NCBI GenBank assembly: GCA_017530965.1
Contig: JAFXLS010000156.1
Span: 4,410-68,409, forward strand
Source: Fibrobacter sp.
Lineage (GTDB): Bacteria > Fibrobacterota > Fibrobacteria > Fibrobacterales > Fibrobacteraceae
Direction of reading: 5' to 3'
Length of the DNA: 64,000 bases
Made by a program: the position numbers and the translations under genes
Notes under the pieces: generated by a model
Told to the model about the DNA's origin: nothing
The model's input: the letters and a program-made list of their open reading frames with translations, nothing else
Databases searched by the model: none
Part shown: piece after piece, positions 42,527-52,133 of the stretch
How the letters are laid out: every line of letters starts with the position of its first letter
Numbering within the stretch: the first letter of the stretch is position 1

Positions 42527-42599
42527 TTTGAAGCCTCTTTTTTATAGAGATAAAAATAAAAAATTCAGTAGGGGCGGCGCAAATATCTATTATTTAAAC

Positions 42600-43052
42600 A
42601 TGCTCGCAAACGAAGTTAACGCACTGATTAAAAAACTCTCCCCGTTTATGGAAGAGGATTCGGAAATTTTCCGCGAGCTCATGACGTTTTTCGGGCAAGG
42701 CTCCAAGATTGACGTTCACCACGGCGACCTTTCCAAGTTCCTAGGCCACAAGCGGCTTTACCGCGTGATTCGCCTGAAGGGCGAAAGCTACAAGGACTGC
42801 GTTTACCAACTGGTAGACAATTACCCCGAATCGATGGAAGCGCTCGGAATGCTGCGTTACTACAAGGCGCCCGCTGGCCCCGTGCGCTGGGAAGATGTGG
42901 AAGCCGCCGAAATCGCCATCGGCAAGGAACTGACGATGGCGGCATACGGATGGATGCCGGACGCATGGACCCTTTTTGAAAAGGGGCCTGCGAGCGATGA
43001 AGGCGGCGAGCATGAACTCGTCGCTATCCTTGCGTTTGATTTAGGGGAATAG
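42600..43052 (+). CDS. Hypothetical protein
   Basis: 150-aa ORF from ATG 42600, native-looking codon usage, divergent from dxr. Confidence 0.7.
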   Translation: MLANEVNALIKKLSPFMEEDSEIFRELMTFFGQGSKIDVHHGDLSKFLGHKRLYRVIRLKGESYKDCVYQLVDNYPESMEALGMLRYYKAPAGPVRWEDVEAAEIAIGKELTMAAYGWMPDAWTLFEKGPASDEGGEHELVAILAFDLGE

Positions 43053-43091
43053 ATCCTTCGACTCCGGGCTTCGCCCTCCGCTCAGGATGAC
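43051..43091. repeat. REP-like palindromic element
   Basis: Minus strand GTCATCCTGAGCGGAGGGCGAAGCCCGGAGTCGAAGGATCT between convergent genes; related copy at 63557-63595. Confidence 0.75.
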
Positions 43092-43112
43092 ACGCTGCGA
43101 GCTCTCGTTGAA

Positions 43113-45254
43113 TTATTGCTTCAGGAATTCGAACAGAGTGATGCCGGGGAGCTTGCCTTTGCGGCTCGCCAGATAATCCTTCAGCGGGAGTTCGATTACC
43201 TGCTTTTTCCAAGCGGCGTGACGGAGGACAGGGAATTCTCCATTACGGAAAATGACAAAGCCCGTATGGGTCGCATCCAAATTATCCATATTGGCAACAA
43301 AGGCCACACCCGTCACCATCAACGGTCCTGCATAAGGCTTAGATGCCAGTTCCACAGCGCGATTGTAGGGCAGGTAGCGCAAATCCATCGGAGAATCCGG
43401 AGTATCGTACTTAATCTTTTTCGACTTGAAAAATTCCAACTTGGGCATGGTGCGCTTTACCACCGTATCGCCCGGCACCTGCATCACGCGGGCATACTTG
43501 CCCTCGCCCACCCAGTCGGCTAACAGGTAATGTTTGCGATTCACATAACCGATTTTGCCACCCTTGTAGCGGATTTTCTGCAACGTGTTAAAGATTTCAT
43601 TTTCGCTAGGCGCAATGGCCATGGCAAGTACATGTTCCAGATACGTCACGCAGTCCACAGAATCCATGTACACCAGCGGCTTGTTTTCGATGGGATCCAC
43701 GTAGCTTTCACCCATGGGGCCAAGCTTGTAAGGAGTTCCCTTCATCATACGCGAGAAGTATTCCAGTCTTGCGGTAAGGCCAGCCACATTCTGGGCCGCA
43801 AGCCACATCTGCTTCATTTTCATGAGAGAGCTGTAGTTGTCGTTGGTACGGTACACCAGCCGGCTCCACAAGGTATCCAACACATCTTTCAGCTGGGCAT
43901 CCGAATTCCTACCCGTCTCGTTCAAGTACATGGCCACCGCAAGCGTATCGCCATCGAGCGTATAAATATAACCCACCAGGCCGTGCACTTCGCCAATAAA
44001 GCCCGTCTTGAATCGGGTTAGCCAGGGGTAGGACAAATCCAGCATGCGCTTGCCGCCGGTACCGATTCCCGGACCCGCAAAGCTATTGATATAAAAACGA
44101 CCCTTGGGGTGGCGAGCCATCTTCGCCAGCAGATTCGTCTCGGTAGAAGGCTTCACCTTATTCTTAGGCGAAAGACCGCAACCGTCCCACACTTCAAAAT
44201 CAGTGGAATCGATTCCCATTTCGGCAAGGAACTTCATTTCTGCGGCACGGCCAGTTTCGACACTGCCTACGCCCGATTTTTGAGCGCCCAAGTTGCGGAA
44301 GATTGTTTCGGCATGCAGGTTCTGGCTGCGCTGATTGATTTCATCGAGAATACTCAAGAAGGGCGCCGCCGAATAAGTGTAAGAAGCGATCTGGATTCCG
44401 TCAGGAACATCCTTTTTTTCTGCAAAGGCAATTCCACGTTCCTTAAGGGCATAAATGAGGGCCGCCTTAAAGTAGGCAATCGGATTGCGCACCGGAAGCA
44501 CCAGCTGACTGGAATCTACACCGATGCCGATGGCACCGCCAATGGTAATTTCAGGCTTTGCAGAATCCAGGGCCCAGGTCCACTTACGCTTTTTACCCGG
44601 CACCGTCACCATTTCATTCTTCAAGACAACATAACCCACATCGGGCAAAATTTCGGCGCGGGCAGGGTCACCCACCTTCGGGCCCGGCTTAAAACGGATC
44701 ATGGTGCAGTTGTCATTAAAGCTAAGGGGAGCCACTTCGGCACCGTACCAGGCATCATAAAAATTCTTGCGCCAGTGTTCAGCACGCCATGGGCCCTTAT
44801 AGTAGCTGGAATCCAAGCTGATCTTGCCCGAAATAGAATCTACGCCCAGAGCGCGGATAGAATCGGCCATGGCATAAATGATATGGAAGGGGTCGGCATA
44901 GTAACGGCCCGAAAAATTCGGATCACCGCCACCGCGAACATTGACCGTTCCGATAAAAGTCTTCTTGCGCACGCTACCGTTGAGAGAAACATCTGTCTTG
45001 GGAGCGTAATCCAGCGGCAGATAATGAACGGCAGCCGCCGTAGTAAGGGTTTTAAGGGTGCTGGCCGGCGTAAACTTTTCGACGCCGCGGATATTCCCCA
45101 GTTCCTTGCCCGTCTTGACGGAACGAATGGAAAGCCCGTAGCGGGAGCCCGGCACCACAGAGTCCACATACATCTGGAAAGAATCCAGTCCAAATTGAGC
45201 CAAGGCGATTGTAGAAAGCAAACAAACTAAGCAAAAAATTTTACGCATTATCAT
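43113..45254 (-). CDS. dacB: PBP4 (peptidase S13) D-Ala-D-Ala carboxy/endopeptidase fused to a DUF1460-like amidase domain
   Basis: PASTLK, GGGDP, SQN and KTG motifs, followed by GTPY..DCVTYLE..HY..DW..HTG..HA. Confidence 0.88.
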   Translation of the reverse strand: MIMRKIFCLVCLLSTIALAQFGLDSFQMYVDSVVPGSRYGLSIRSVKTGKELGNIRGVEKFTPASTLKTLTTAAAVHYLPLDYAPKTDVSLNGSVRKKTFIGTVNVRGGGDPNFSGRYYADPFHIIYAMADSIRALGVDSISGKISLDSSYYKGPWRAEHWRKNFYDAWYGAEVAPLSFNDNCTMIRFKPGPKVGDPARAEILPDVGYVVLKNEMVTVPGKKRKWTWALDSAKPEITIGGAIGIGVDSSQLVLPVRNPIAYFKAALIYALKERGIAFAEKKDVPDGIQIASYTYSAAPFLSILDEINQRSQNLHAETIFRNLGAQKSGVGSVETGRAAEMKFLAEMGIDSTDFEVWDGCGLSPKNKVKPSTETNLLAKMARHPKGRFYINSFAGPGIGTGGKRMLDLSYPWLTRFKTGFIGEVHGLVGYIYTLDGDTLAVAMYLNETGRNSDAQLKDVLDTLWSRLVYRTNDNYSSLMKMKQMWLAAQNVAGLTARLEYFSRMMKGTPYKLGPMGESYVDPIENKPLVYMDSVDCVTYLEHVLAMAIAPSENEIFNTLQKIRYKGGKIGYVNRKHYLLADWVGEGKYARVMQVPGDTVVKRTMPKLEFFKSKKIKYDTPDSPMDLRYLPYNRAVELASKPYAGPLMVTGVAFVANMDNLDATHTGFVIFRNGEFPVLRHAAWKKQVIELPLKDYLASRKGKLPGITLFEFLKQ

Positions 45255-45268
45255 TCTCAAAATTTCGT

Positions 45269-46837
45269 CTAGTGCTTACGGATGCGGAATGCGTAAACAA
45301 GCATCATGGCCACCGCAAGCACTCCAAGAGAAATCACCACAATAAGGCGAATGCTCCATTCCGACTCCCCTTTAACGACACCCAAACCCTTTGCGTACTT
45401 AAATTCGTCCACGGGCTGCAGCAACGACTTACGGACGCGTTCCTTTACTGCCGCAACGGTCTCCGGGCTGTTGTAGCCAAGAATGCTGTTGATTTTTTGG
45501 TGGGTGTCAAATACAAAGCGGGCAATTTCGTCATCTACATCGGGAGCGTTTTTCAGCAAGCTTGCCGCAATGGCAGACACCATGCCGTTTACCGACATTT
45601 CGATTTCACTCCATTCCGGAATGTTCTGGGTGCTGCGGCCGTGATTTTCAAGTCCCTCGATCAAGTGATTATAGCGGGGATCCTGCATCCAAATACGAAT
45701 CAGTCCCCTGTCAGGAGGAATAAAACCGCACTGTCTGGAATAATAGTCGATATTGTCGGCCCGGAGCATGAACAGGAACAAGTCATAGGCGCTGTTGCGC
45801 TTGATGGGGTTCGCATTCTTCGGGAGCGTCAAATGGCTGCCACCCACGAAGCTATGATTTCCGAAGGGTCCCTTGGGACCGGCAACGGTAATAATACCGT
45901 CTTTGGCAAGGGGGCTATCCATCAAGCCGCCCAAATCGGTATCGAATTCAATCTTGCGAATCAGTTCTGACGTTCCAAAGATGATCAACTGTTCGGCACG
46001 CACAAAACGGTCTGCACTTTGCGCCGAATTTTCTTTCAAGTTATTCGGAGAAAGTTCCTGGTCGCGGAGCAATTTCAGGTAATGGCGAAGTCCCACCAGC
46101 GTCAAGGAATCCGCCAAGGCACTACGGTAGCCCTTTTCGGTTTCTACCACAAAATCGCCGCCGAAATTCCAGAGGAAGGGAGACATCTGCTGGTAACCGG
46201 TCCAGTCCTCCTTGACACCGAATTCAAAAGGAGCAACCTCCACACCCTGTCGGTTGGCGACCTTCGCTTCTGAAATGGCACGCAGAACACCGTAGAACTT
46301 CGGGTAAGTTTCGATTTCGGAATCGTGAAGGCCCAGTTCAAGCCAGATGCGTTCGTTGGCAAAGAACCCACGAATATCCAGGAACCACGGGATTGCATAA
46401 ACCACGGAATCGCGGCCGATATGGGCAGACTTCATTGCCTCGGGATAAAAACGGCTGGTATCGACCGCGTCTATCATTTCGTCAACAGGCTTAATCAAGC
46501 CGGCCTTGGCAAAGTAGGGCACCCAGGTCGAGCCCAGTTGCAACACATCCGGGTAGTCGTTACCCTCGCCCGCCTCATTCACAAGCACCTTGTTGAGTTC
46601 GGCAAAAGCGGAGCCCCAATCCAGGAACCGAATCTTGACAGGAATCCCGCTCTGGCGCGTGTACTTCTTCATCAACTTTTGAAGCGCCGTACCCGCATTA
46701 ATATCCTGATCCATGACCCAAAGCACCAGCGTATCGGGGGGCGTCGGCATGGCCCTCAGTTCCGGTACAGCCTGAGCGGTCCCGCACAGGGCGAGACTCA
46801 CCAAAAACAGGGCGATGCCGAAAATATGCTTTTTCAT
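45269..46837 (-). CDS. Sugar-type extracellular solute-binding protein with C-terminal membrane anchor
   Basis: PDVLQLGSTWV, YAIPWFLD and FVGGSHL motifs; C-terminal TM followed by RIRKH. Confidence 0.82.
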   Translation of the reverse strand: MKKHIFGIALFLVSLALCGTAQAVPELRAMPTPPDTLVLWVMDQDINAGTALQKLMKKYTRQSGIPVKIRFLDWGSAFAELNKVLVNEAGEGNDYPDVLQLGSTWVPYFAKAGLIKPVDEMIDAVDTSRFYPEAMKSAHIGRDSVVYAIPWFLDIRGFFANERIWLELGLHDSEIETYPKFYGVLRAISEAKVANRQGVEVAPFEFGVKEDWTGYQQMSPFLWNFGGDFVVETEKGYRSALADSLTLVGLRHYLKLLRDQELSPNNLKENSAQSADRFVRAEQLIIFGTSELIRKIEFDTDLGGLMDSPLAKDGIITVAGPKGPFGNHSFVGGSHLTLPKNANPIKRNSAYDLFLFMLRADNIDYYSRQCGFIPPDRGLIRIWMQDPRYNHLIEGLENHGRSTQNIPEWSEIEMSVNGMVSAIAASLLKNAPDVDDEIARFVFDTHQKINSILGYNSPETVAAVKERVRKSLLQPVDEFKYAKGLGVVKGESEWSIRLIVVISLGVLAVAMMLVYAFRIRKH

Positions 46838-46874
46838 GGATTCTATTCTAAGATACTAATTAACCATTCGTTAG

Positions 46875-48206
46875 TTACTGAGCGATTTTCAAAAAGTCTT
46901 CAAAGTAGCGCGGATAAGTCTTGTTGATGCAGGCGGGGTCCATAATCTTGATGGGGACGCCGCCCAAGGCAACCAGGCTAAAACACATGGCCATGCGGTG
47001 GTCGTTATAGGTTTCGATGGTTGCTGGCTGCAAGTGTTCCGGAGGCGTAATCGTAATGGAATCCGTCGTTTCGCGGACTTCGGCGCCCACCTTGCGGAGT
47101 TCAGCCGCCATGGCCGCAATTCGGTCCGTTTCCTTGACTCGCCAGCTGGCAATGCCCGAAATGGTCATGGGGGCGTCAGCAAACAGGGCGAGTACCGCCA
47201 CCGTCATGGCCGCATCGGGAATTTCGATGGCGTTGAATTCGCCGAGGCTCTTAAGTTTGCCTTCAGGACCAACACATTCCACCCAGTCGGGGCCCATGGT
47301 GACCGTCGCACCCATTTTCTTGATGACTTCGACAAAGGCGATGTCACCCTGACGGCATTCGGAACCCACGCCGAGCACACGCACCCTGCCGCCCACAATG
47401 GCCGCTGCGGCCAAGGGGTAACTGGCAGAGCTTGCATCGCCTTCTACCATGTAGTCGCCCGGAGACTTGTAAACGCCCTTGGGCACATAAAAATCCTTAA
47501 GGTCGGCATGCTTGACTTCGATGCCGAAATGCTTCATGACATCGAGCGTGAGCAAAATATACGGAGCAGAAATCAGTTCGCCTTCCACATGAATGTGGAG
47601 CGGAGATTCCGCATAGGGGGCGCAAATCAGGAGCGCCGTCAGGTACTGGCTAGAGATATTGCCGCGAACCGTGACAGAACCGCCCTTGAGGCCGTGGGCG
47701 TTAATGCACACAGGCGGGAACCCATCCGTTTCCATGTAGTCGATATCGGCGCCCAGCATGCGGAGCGCATCTACCAGGTCGCGAATAGGGCGTTCCTTCA
47801 TGCGTTCTTCACCACTCAGGTGGAATACGCCGCGACCGAGAGCCAAGGCAGCACATAAGGAGCGCATAGCCGTGCCTGCGTTGCCCAGGTAAAGGCCCGC
47901 CACATAGTTGTCGTTTTCTACCAATACAGAGGGAGCGTCAATAGGGGCACCGTTGCCTTCGATAACGGCTTCGGTAAAATCTTCGGTCATATCGGCCTTG
48001 ACTCCAAGCGCCTTGAGAGCTTCCCCCATGTAACGGGTATCGTCGCTCTTCAACAAGTTGTGCAAACGGGTGGTTCCTTCGGCAAGGGCAGACACCAAAA
48101 GCACACGGTTAGTAATACTCTTGGAACCCGGGACGCGAAGTTCACCGTTATAAGACGACAAAGCGGGAATCTGAATATGACTAGGGCGAAAAAAAGGTGT
48201 ATCCAT
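46875..48206 (-). CDS. aroA: EPSP synthase
   Basis: PGSKSITNR, LGNAGTAMR, SSQY, RVKETDR and DHRMAM motifs. Confidence 0.97.
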   Translation of the reverse strand: MDTPFFRPSHIQIPALSSYNGELRVPGSKSITNRVLLVSALAEGTTRLHNLLKSDDTRYMGEALKALGVKADMTEDFTEAVIEGNGAPIDAPSVLVENDNYVAGLYLGNAGTAMRSLCAALALGRGVFHLSGEERMKERPIRDLVDALRMLGADIDYMETDGFPPVCINAHGLKGGSVTVRGNISSQYLTALLICAPYAESPLHIHVEGELISAPYILLTLDVMKHFGIEVKHADLKDFYVPKGVYKSPGDYMVEGDASSASYPLAAAAIVGGRVRVLGVGSECRQGDIAFVEVIKKMGATVTMGPDWVECVGPEGKLKSLGEFNAIEIPDAAMTVAVLALFADAPMTISGIASWRVKETDRIAAMAAELRKVGAEVRETTDSITITPPEHLQPATIETYNDHRMAMCFSLVALGGVPIKIMDPACINKTYPRYFEDFLKIAQ

Positions 48207-48255
48207 ATTTGTAAATTTATAAATTAAAAAAGGAAATAGATAAACGGAGCACTAA

Positions 48256-49017
48256 ATGATGAGCGAAATCACAGACCTCAAATTCACCGTCCGCTTTTCG
48301 GACTGCGACGAGTACGGCAGGCTTAAACTGTCGCGCCTGTTCCAGTTCATGGAAGAAGCCGCCATTGCCGACGCCGAACGGAACGGATTTGGCCTGTGGC
48401 AAATGATCAAGGCCGGTTACACCTCGGCCATTACGCGCATGAAGGTTCGCATCAATCACACGCCGCTCATGGGAGAAGAGCTTAGAGTTTCCACCTGGAT
48501 CAAGGAAATCTACAAAGACAAAGTTGTCCTGAAGGACTACGCCGTCGTGGATAGCCAGGGGCACGCCTTGGCCGAAGGCACCTCGTCCTGGATTCTGGTA
48601 AACTTGAAGACCGGCTTCGCCGAGCCACCTTCCAACAGCCCTTACCCCTTCCCCATCCAGCTCGAAAAAAGCGCCCTGCCCGAAATGTTACAGGTTCTGC
48701 CCATGGGCGAAGACCCACAATTAATTTATACAGAACATGCCCGCAATAGCGATTTGGACTTGAACCACCACGTAAACCACTGCCGTTACGTGGAATGGAT
48801 TCTGGATTGCCTGAGCAAAGAAGAAATCAAGGAACGCGGCATCCGCTCGCTGCAACTGAACTTCGTAAACCAGGTACCGCTCGGCGCGAACGTGAACATT
48901 ATCCGATTCAAGGACACGAACCATCACGCCGTATTCTTCGGCATGAACGCCGACATGGAAAAGAGCCCCACCACCAACCGCTGCCACTTCCAAGCCCGCG
49001 TCGGTTTCGGGGATTAA
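48256..49017 (+). CDS. Acyl-ACP thioesterase
   Basis: VRFSDCD and SDLDLNHHVNH motifs; double hotdog-fold length. Confidence 0.88.
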   Translation: MMSEITDLKFTVRFSDCDEYGRLKLSRLFQFMEEAAIADAERNGFGLWQMIKAGYTSAITRMKVRINHTPLMGEELRVSTWIKEIYKDKVVLKDYAVVDSQGHALAEGTSSWILVNLKTGFAEPPSNSPYPFPIQLEKSALPEMLQVLPMGEDPQLIYTEHARNSDLDLNHHVNHCRYVEWILDCLSKEEIKERGIRSLQLNFVNQVPLGANVNIIRFKDTNHHAVFFGMNADMEKSPTTNRCHFQARVGFGD

Positions 49018-49019
49018 TT

Positions 49020-49937
49020 TCAGGGAACCACAAGCCCGACGCCGGGCCACATTTCAAAGCTGAAACTGCCGTGCAAGTCAGTGCGGTACACTGCCGACGA
49101 ATCGCCCGTTACAATGCGGAGCTTGTTTACCACCTCTTCTTTGGGGTGGCCGTAGCGGTTATTTTTGCCGACCCCGATAGCGGCATACTTGGGGGCCACC
49201 TGCGCCAGGAACTGAAGCCCGCTACTGCCTGCGGAACCGTGGTGTCCGACTTGCAGCAAATCCGCTGATAAATCGCGGGACAGCTCCATTAGGCGATTTT
49301 CGCCGACGGTATCCAGGTCGCCTGTAAGTAGGAACGCACTTTCGCGACCCGCCTGCGGCCCCACCATCGAACCCATCAGTACCACACTCGCCCGATTTCC
49401 ACCAAAACGCCCGTAGCCTACCGGCCACAGGCATTCGAGCCTGAAGCCTTCGGCAAAATACACCGTGTCGCCGCGCTCCAGCGTATCGACAGGAACCTTG
49501 TACCGCCGCGCCACCTTATAAACGCTATCGCTCACGAAGCCCACCGCGGTGTCCCGCCCCACCAAAAGGCGCCCGACCTTGAGCCGCCCCGACTCGATTG
49601 CCGCCCCCATTTCCATAAAGCCACCACCGTGGTCTCTGTGAAAGTGGCTCACCAGCACCCAATCGAGCGACTTGACGCCCCTCGCCATAAGGGTATCCAT
49701 CAGTCCGGCGGAGTCGGGTCCCGTGTCGTACAGGGCAAACCGCCCCTCGTTTTCGAGCAGCACGGCAAGCCCCTGCCCCACATCTAAAAACGTAACGCGG
49801 ACCGGCTCCGGGCCCCCACTCCAACCGGAATCGTAGGTGCAGGCCGACAGAAGCAAGCCGAACAGGGCGCTCCAAAGGACGCCACAGAGTAAAATCCACA
49901 GGTAAATGCAGCGGTTCGATTTTCTTGTAACGGGCAT
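49020..49937 (-). CDS. ComEC/Rec2-like metallo-beta-lactamase-fold protein, probable lipoprotein
   Basis: LSAC lipobox; FLDVGQG, SHFHRDHGG, LLTGD, GHHGS and NRYGHP motifs. Confidence 0.87.
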   Translation of the reverse strand: MPVTRKSNRCIYLWILLCGVLWSALFGLLLSACTYDSGWSGGPEPVRVTFLDVGQGLAVLLENEGRFALYDTGPDSAGLMDTLMARGVKSLDWVLVSHFHRDHGGGFMEMGAAIESGRLKVGRLLVGRDTAVGFVSDSVYKVARRYKVPVDTLERGDTVYFAEGFRLECLWPVGYGRFGGNRASVVLMGSMVGPQAGRESAFLLTGDLDTVGENRLMELSRDLSADLLQVGHHGSAGSSGLQFLAQVAPKYAAIGVGKNNRYGHPKEEVVNKLRIVTGDSSAVYRTDLHGSFSFEMWPGVGLVVP

Positions 49938-50065
49938 AAAAGGCCTCTTTTTCTAGAAAGGGTTCTCTTATATACACGCCAAAATCCGCAAAACAGTTCA
50001 AAATTGCCCCTAAAATCGGCATTAGTTGGAATTTTTACTATATTTACCCTTAAACCGAGGTTTTT

Positions 50066-50431
50066 ATGCAATTACCCAAGTACAAAAAGAAGAAGCGTAT
50101 CAAGCTGAAAGTCTGTCAGGAACCCGGCTGCGGCCGTGAATTCTGGGGCCACCCGATCGCCAAGTACTGCGAATTGCACCGCGACATCAAGCAGCGCCAG
50201 AAGCAGAAGAAGGATGTGGACAATATCGAGTCCAAGAATATCATCTTCCGCCACAACTACACGGAATCCATGGACCTCACCTTCAAGTGCTGTCTCGAAG
50301 GCTGCAACGAGCTGTTCACCATCCGCGTGTTCCCGAAGCAGTACATTTACCCCCGTTTCTGCGAAGAGCACCGCAACGATTTCAAGCGCGCAAACTACCT
50401 GCGCATCATTTCGAAGCTGAAAAACGACTAA
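50066..50431 (+). CDS. Small basic protein with two Cys/His clusters (putative Zn-binding)
   Basis: CQEPGC..YCELH and CCLEGC..FCEEH; GAGG RBS; strongly C/G-ending codons. Confidence 0.8.
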   Translation: MQLPKYKKKKRIKLKVCQEPGCGREFWGHPIAKYCELHRDIKQRQKQKKDVDNIESKNIIFRHNYTESMDLTFKCCLEGCNELFTIRVFPKQYIYPRFCEEHRNDFKRANYLRIISKLKND

Positions 50432-50461
50432 AAATCGGGCTTTTTCGTAAAAAATTGGACC

Positions 50462-50491
50462 GCCACCCTTGAAAATCGGGGTGGCTTTTTT
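50462..50491 (+). terminator. Intrinsic terminator overlapping the tRNA promoter
   Basis: GCCACCC/GGGTGGC stem followed by a T-tract running into TATATTTG. Confidence 0.7.
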
Positions 50492-50511
50492 ATATTTGGG
50501 CTCACAATCAT

Positions 50512-50586
50512 GGTGGGTGTAGCTCAATTGGTTAGAGTCCCAGATTGTGATTCTGGATGTTGTCGGTTCGAGTCCGGTCACCCACC
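50512..50586 (+). tRNA. tRNA-His (GTG)
   Basis: Acceptor GTGGGTG/CACCCAC with G-1:C73, anticodon arm CCAGA-TTGTGAT-TCTGG, TTCGAGT T-loop; CCA not encoded. Confidence 0.96.
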
Positions 50587-50589
50587 CTT

Positions 50590-50629
50590 AAAAAAGAACC
50601 TCGCTAGCAAACTAGCGGGGTTCTTTTTT
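50590..50629. terminator. Bidirectional terminator between tRNA-His and the lipoprotein array
   Basis: AAAAAAGAACCTCGCTAG/CTAGCGGGGTTCTTTTTT. Confidence 0.85.
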
Positions 50630-50649
50630 AGTGAGGAGACAAAAGGGTT

Positions 50650-52107
50650 TTAGTCGTCTTCTTTTTTCGGGGGAATGTAAGGCTTACCATCCCTATTGGT
50701 TTTAACCGCCACTATTAAATAAATCTCCTGTCCTACTGCATCCGCCCCCTCTCCCAAAGTGAAACGGACTTTGTACCCCAAATGCATATCACCATTTCCA
50801 AAGAGTAGGGTATCCATCCAAACCTCATAATGAACACCGGGGTAACGTTCGTCGTCCCATTCATCGCCATCCCATACAAGGCCATCTTCAATCAGCCGAC
50901 GTTGCAACGCTTCCCCGCCTTCGTGATCGTACATTTCGTGATACAATTTTTTGTCCATCAAATATTCGCCAGCATTCGTTTCTTCATCATCCCGATACAC
51001 CCGATGTTCAGAATCTTCCTTTAAGGTTTCCGGAGTATTTTCTTCTAGAACAAAATGGTAAATCACGTCATGAAGTTCCTGCCATTCCTTCGTATGGACA
51101 GGTGTTTCCGAAGACGATTTATCCTTTTCAGGATCATAGAACGCTTCGGCATAAGTTTCTACATATTTTTCAAAATCCGGAACTTCATCCGTATATTTTG
51201 CGACATTCTTGCGAACCTTTTCCAACAGGTCCTTTTCTTTGGCGGAATGAGCCCAATTGGCAATATCGGTTTTGATTTCGTCATCCCATACGCCAGTCTC
51301 CACAAAACTTTCTTTCATATCGTCCACACGATAAATCAAATGCGCATTCTTTTCAAGATCCGTCTGTGCCGTCAGGAGCACACTCGCCGCCAAAAGTGCT
51401 GCGTTGCCATCACCAGGTTTAAGGATATTCAGGTCTACGAAATCACCGACTCCGTCTTTGATGCCAAACGCAGCCAGAACCTCTTTTTTTGCCTGTTCTT
51501 TTGCCTTTGCCACAGTCATTCCCTTTTGATTTACAAGATACTTCATGCGTTTGTATTCAAGTTCCGTGAATACGTTGATGTTCACGGCATCATGTTCGGT
51601 CAGATTCACAAACGCTTCAAGTTCAACCTCCTTCTTTGATTTTTCGCCAGCATGCTCATCCAGGTAATGGCCTCTAACCCAAATTATAGCACAAGGAGTA
51701 GAAAAGCTGATATCTTCGATTTTGTATTCGCCATTGTCGGTTTGTATATCTACACTTCGAGAGAATTCGTCTACCCATTTCAGAGTATTACAATCAACTT
51801 CTGCCATCCAAACCGTACCATCAACGAACGGGCCTTTCTGCGCTACGCCAGTTAAAGTCATATTCTTAATTGCATATTCTTCGACACTAGAAGAATCCGC
51901 TTTTTCAGAACTCGAAGACTTCCCTTTTTTATCTTTGCCCGCAATCGAAGACGAAGAAGTGCCCTCGTCGCCACCGGATTCCACGTCCTCGATATATTCT
52001 TCCGAGTCTTCCCCGGCAACACTGCTGCTTTCGCTGGAGCAGCCCGTTACCACCAGAGCCATACTGACGGCTGCCAACGCCGTGATTTTTCCAAGTTTAT
52101 TTTTCAT
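50650..52107 (-). CDS. Lipoprotein with conserved QKGPF domain and unique acidic C-terminus
   Basis: VTGC lipobox, Ser-rich linker, GVAQKGPF...NINVFTELEY...PDFEKY. Confidence 0.85.
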   Translation of the reverse strand: MKNKLGKITALAAVSMALVVTGCSSESSSVAGEDSEEYIEDVESGGDEGTSSSSIAGKDKKGKSSSSEKADSSSVEEYAIKNMTLTGVAQKGPFVDGTVWMAEVDCNTLKWVDEFSRSVDIQTDNGEYKIEDISFSTPCAIIWVRGHYLDEHAGEKSKKEVELEAFVNLTEHDAVNINVFTELEYKRMKYLVNQKGMTVAKAKEQAKKEVLAAFGIKDGVGDFVDLNILKPGDGNAALLAASVLLTAQTDLEKNAHLIYRVDDMKESFVETGVWDDEIKTDIANWAHSAKEKDLLEKVRKNVAKYTDEVPDFEKYVETYAEAFYDPEKDKSSSETPVHTKEWQELHDVIYHFVLEENTPETLKEDSEHRVYRDDEETNAGEYLMDKKLYHEMYDHEGGEALQRRLIEDGLVWDGDEWDDERYPGVHYEVWMDTLLFGNGDMHLGYKVRFTLGEGADAVGQEIYLIVAVKTNRDGKPYIPPKKEDD

Positions 52108-52133
52108 TTTCTACCTTCTTTTAGTGTTTAAGG

